Origin: a virus
Lineage: Duplodnaviria > Caudoviricetes
Strand: one strand, 5' to 3'
Virus record (IMG/VR): IMGVR_UViG_3300017589_000277
Span: 1 to 44,328 of that record
DNA length: 44,328 nucleotides
Of the stretch, positions 43,120 through 44,328 are shown in pieces. The position numbers and the translations under genes are program-made. The notes under the pieces were generated by a model that saw only the letters and a program-made list of their open reading frames with translations, searched no databases and had not been told where the DNA came from. Position 1 is the stretch's first letter. Each line of letters opens with the position of its first letter.

Positions 43120-44328
43120 ATGCTTACAAATGATTACATTATTGACTTAGTAGAAGAAGTCGCACAAAAAATGCAGACGCTTTCATACGCCTTAAAAGCG
43201 CAAAAGCACAAACAAGAGCCCATGACAGGCTCTTGCGTTATCCGGGTACTAGAACCGGAACAGCTAAATGACTTTACAGGCGGTGGCACACAAGGAGGTG
43301 ATACAATGCCACCGAGATATAGCGACGGTTCACTCCGTCAAAGAAAAAGCGGTATCTATGAATACCGTTTTATGTTAGAGGACAAACAAATAAGCGTATA
43401 CGGAGACGACCCGGAGACCTGCTACGCCAAGCGCACAGGCTTTATTGCCGGGAACAAGAAGAAACAACAAACCGAAAAAAAGTCAACCGAAAAACCGAGA
43501 ACCCTCGAATCGTGGATTACACAGTGGTTTGAAACGTACAAAAAGCCCCGCAACGGAGCTGAAAGCCAAAAAACGACACTCTACTTTATTAACCGTGATA
43601 TCATACCCAAATTAGGCGCACGACCTATAAAAGACATGTCAGGGCTTGAAATCCAAGCATTTATAAACGGTTACGAGAATACGAAGAACGCGCAAAAAAA
43701 GATATTTGATATCCTAAACGGCGCATTGGAAAAGCTGGTTGACCTCAACATGCTGAAGTATAACCCCTGCCGCGCCGTTGAAATACGTTCTTACGAGAAG
43801 CAGCACTACCCGGTTATTCAACCGGCAGACCAGGACAGATTGTTGAACGCCTCGGAAAACCCGAAGTACAACGCCTTGTTCCGTTTCTGCTGCTGTACCG
43901 GTCTTCGTATTGGCGAAGCGTTAAACGTCAAGACAGAGCACGTTGACCGCGAAAGGTTCTTGATCCGCGTTGTGAAGAAAGCGACAAAGACAAAAGGATC
44001 CTCCAGGGCGATACCGTATCTGCCGGAGTTGCTAACCGGTATTGACCTGTCGCAAGAGTATTTGTTCCAAGGTGTTACATACAACAGCGCAAAAACCTAT
44101 TTTGAGAAATGGTACAAGCGATTAAAAATTGACGCCACTCTGCATTCAACCCGGCATACGTTTATATCATGTTGCTACCACATCGGGATACGCGACAAGC
44201 AGATTCAGCTTTGGGCGGGTCACGCAAGCATTGATATGACTCTCAATACTTATACGCACATACTCGACAACCAAGATTCGTCAATTCTTCAGTATCTACG
44301 TGCGCTAAAAGCAAAACTCGGCATCTAA
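43120..44328 (+). CDS. int: Tyrosine integrase
   Basis: TGLRIGEA, TK, LHSTRHTF, AGHASIDMTLNTYTH; arm-binding N-terminus starts at the alternative ATG 43306. Confidence 0.95.
   Translation: MLTNDYIIDLVEEVAQKMQTLSYALKAQKHKQEPMTGSCVIRVLEPEQLNDFTGGGTQGGDTMPPRYSDGSLRQRKSGIYEYRFMLEDKQISVYGDDPETCYAKRTGFIAGNKKKQQTEKKSTEKPRTLESWITQWFETYKKPRNGAESQKTTLYFINRDIIPKLGARPIKDMSGLEIQAFINGYENTKNAQKKIFDILNGALEKLVDLNMLKYNPCRAVEIRSYEKQHYPVIQPADQDRLLNASENPKYNALFRFCCCTGLRIGEALNVKTEHVDRERFLIRVVKKATKTKGSSRAIPYLPELLTGIDLSQEYLFQGVTYNSAKTYFEKWYKRLKIDATLHSTRHTFISCCYHIGIRDKQIQLWAGHASIDMTLNTYTHILDNQDSSILQYLRALKAKLGI

Larger units (their letters stand above)
1..44328. mobile_element. Temperate podovirus-like phage/prophage
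   Basis: Integrase, repressor, replication, packaging, head and short-tail modules in colinear order; no tape measure, tube or sheath genes. Confidence 0.92.

Noticed and set aside
1-44328. attL/attR or terminal repeats
   Set aside because: Window starts and ends exactly at stop codons; no end-to-end repeat visible.

Overview
The window is an apparently near-complete temperate (pro)phage with a podovirus-like (P22/T7-type short-tail) gene set, trimmed to the outermost stop codons so no att sites are visible. Strong GGAGG RBSs and sigma-A promoters suggest a Bacillota host. Right to left: tyrosine integrase and CI-like repressor (+); an early region with three Cro-like HTH genes, small opposite-strand genes and a repeated boxA-like motif; a pentapeptide-repeat protein; a non-coding cluster (tRNA-like RNA with a 5-nt anticodon loop plus two tandem structured repeats); YqaJ/RecT recombination, RusA and a replication initiator; a DNA-modification cluster (Dam-like MTase, circularly permuted C5 MTase, PAPS-reductase-like protein); small accessory genes; an ArpU/RinA-type late activator; terS, terL, portal; a Tad2/DUF2829 + HExxH peptidase insert; ejection-type proteins including a 2052-aa polyvalent protein; scaffold, two paralogous decoration proteins, major capsid; tail adaptor and nozzle; two fibre/receptor-binding proteins; and a terminal membrane-protein cassette with no recognisable endolysin. 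The strongest candidates for undescribed biology are the ncRNA cluster at 39.05-39.32 kb, the inverted-repeat-bounded cassettes at 41.0-42.1 kb, and the endolysin-less membrane cassette. All family calls come from motif recognition by eye; no database searches were run.
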